NCBI GenBank assembly: GCA_002347925.1
Contig: DDYL01000108.1
Span: 11,416 to 44,388, forward strand
Reading direction: 5' to 3'
DNA length: 32,973 nucleotides
From: Chloroflexi bacterium UBA2235
Lineage (GTDB): Bacteria; Chloroflexota; UBA11872; UBA12225
Shown here: piece by piece, positions 32,462-32,973 of the stretch
How positions within the stretch are numbered: the stretch's first letter is position 1
How the letters are laid out: each line of letters starts with the position of its first letter
Notes under the pieces: generated by a model
Seen by the model: only the letters and a program-made list of their open reading frames with translations
The model's database searches: none
What the model was told of the DNA's origin: nothing
Program-made: the position numbers and the translations under genes

Positions 32462-32973
32462 ATGGTCACAGTATCACCTAGTCAACACTCGGTTGCTTCG
32501 GGGTCCGGTGCCGCGTCACCGTCTCTCGACCGGCATGGTCTCTCGGATAGCCAACTGATCGATATGTACCGGACGATGCTACGCATCCGCCGGTTCGAGG
32601 AACGGGTGAAGGAACTCTTCCTTGAGGCGCGCCTCTACGGCAGCGTGCATCTCTACATCGGTGAGGAGGGCGTTGCGACGGGTGCTTGCTCCGCGTTGCG
32701 CGAGGGCGATGTCATCAGTTCGACGCACCGGGGTCACGGTCATTGCATTGCAATGGGCCTGGACCTCGCCCCGATGATGGCGGAATTAATGGGCAAGGCC
32801 ACCGGCTACAACCATGGCAAGGGCGGGTCGATGCACATCGCCAGCCTGGACCACGGAATGCTCGGTGCCAATGGCATCGTTGGTGCGGGCATCCCGATCA
32901 GCACGGGCGCCGCCCTCGGTTTCTGGGTAACCGGCCGGCCCAATGTGGCGCTCTGCTTCTTCGGTGATGGCGC
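32462..32973 (+). CDS. thiamine-diphosphate-dependent 2-oxoacid dehydrogenase E1 component alpha subunit, N-terminal fragment (3' end outside window)
   Basis: Not in the ORF track (no stop in the window). It translates to MVTVSPSQ...YRTMLRIRRFEERVKELF...LYGSVHLYIGEEGVATG...STHRGHGHCIAMG...MAELMGKATGYNHGKGGSMHIA...GANGIVGAGIPIS...FFGDG, the classic PdhA/AcoA-type pattern. Confidence 0.9.
   Translation, partial: MVTVSPSQHSVASGSGAASPSLDRHGLSDSQLIDMYRTMLRIRRFEERVKELFLEARLYGSVHLYIGEEGVATGACSALREGDVISSTHRGHGHCIAMGLDLAPMMAELMGKATGYNHGKGGSMHIASLDHGMLGANGIVGAGIPISTGAALGFWVTGRPNVALCFFGDG

Overview
High-GC bacterial chromosomal segment. Gene content and promoter style suggest an Actinomycetota- or Chloroflexota-like lineage, but I cannot place it from sequence alone. 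I support 35 CDS (two truncated by the window edges), one tRNA-Pro(CGG), three intrinsic terminators and a few sigma70-like promoters. Left to right: tail of an ABC ATPase; purine catabolism/salvage genes (add, xdhA, xdhB); on the minus strand an ANTAR response regulator, a 1207-aa YfhO-like membrane glycosyltransferase and a GT4 glycosyltransferase; two small unknown genes; tRNA-Pro; a TolB-like beta-propeller lipoprotein; an unannotated 29-aa bS22 ribosomal protein gene; PAC2. Next comes a loose carbohydrate-type region with three xylose-isomerase-like TIM barrels, three SDRs, a GlcD-like FAD oxidase, a rhamnose mutarotase and an orphan solute-binding protein. Interspersed housekeeping or stress genes are an M50 protease, a cupredoxin, an FmdB zinc ribbon, a PadR pair, a BON protein, a glutaredoxin-like protein, MerR, PHP, MgtC and Nudix. 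The window ends with the start of a TPP-dependent E1-alpha gene. I found no recognisable defence island, CRISPR, prophage, transposase or RiPP/secondary-metabolite cluster, and no convincing new multi-gene system. The most unusual signal is a short C-rich interspersed repeat family (core CACCCCATCGCCCCTGATTGCA, plus a sister form CACCCCACCTGATyCGAsTGCG). It has at least seven copies in 33 kb and occurs in both orientations. It forms small tandem arrays in intergenic DNA and also sits in frame inside three genes (xdhA, GT4, and the C-terminal tail of YfhO). Secondary observations: consensus promoters placed so that three genes would be leaderless, a ~400-nt non-coding region with direct repeats upstream of the cupredoxin gene, and the ANTAR/YfhO/GT4 arrangement. 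Many long ORFs in the track are antisense shadow ORFs typical of GC-rich DNA and were rejected.
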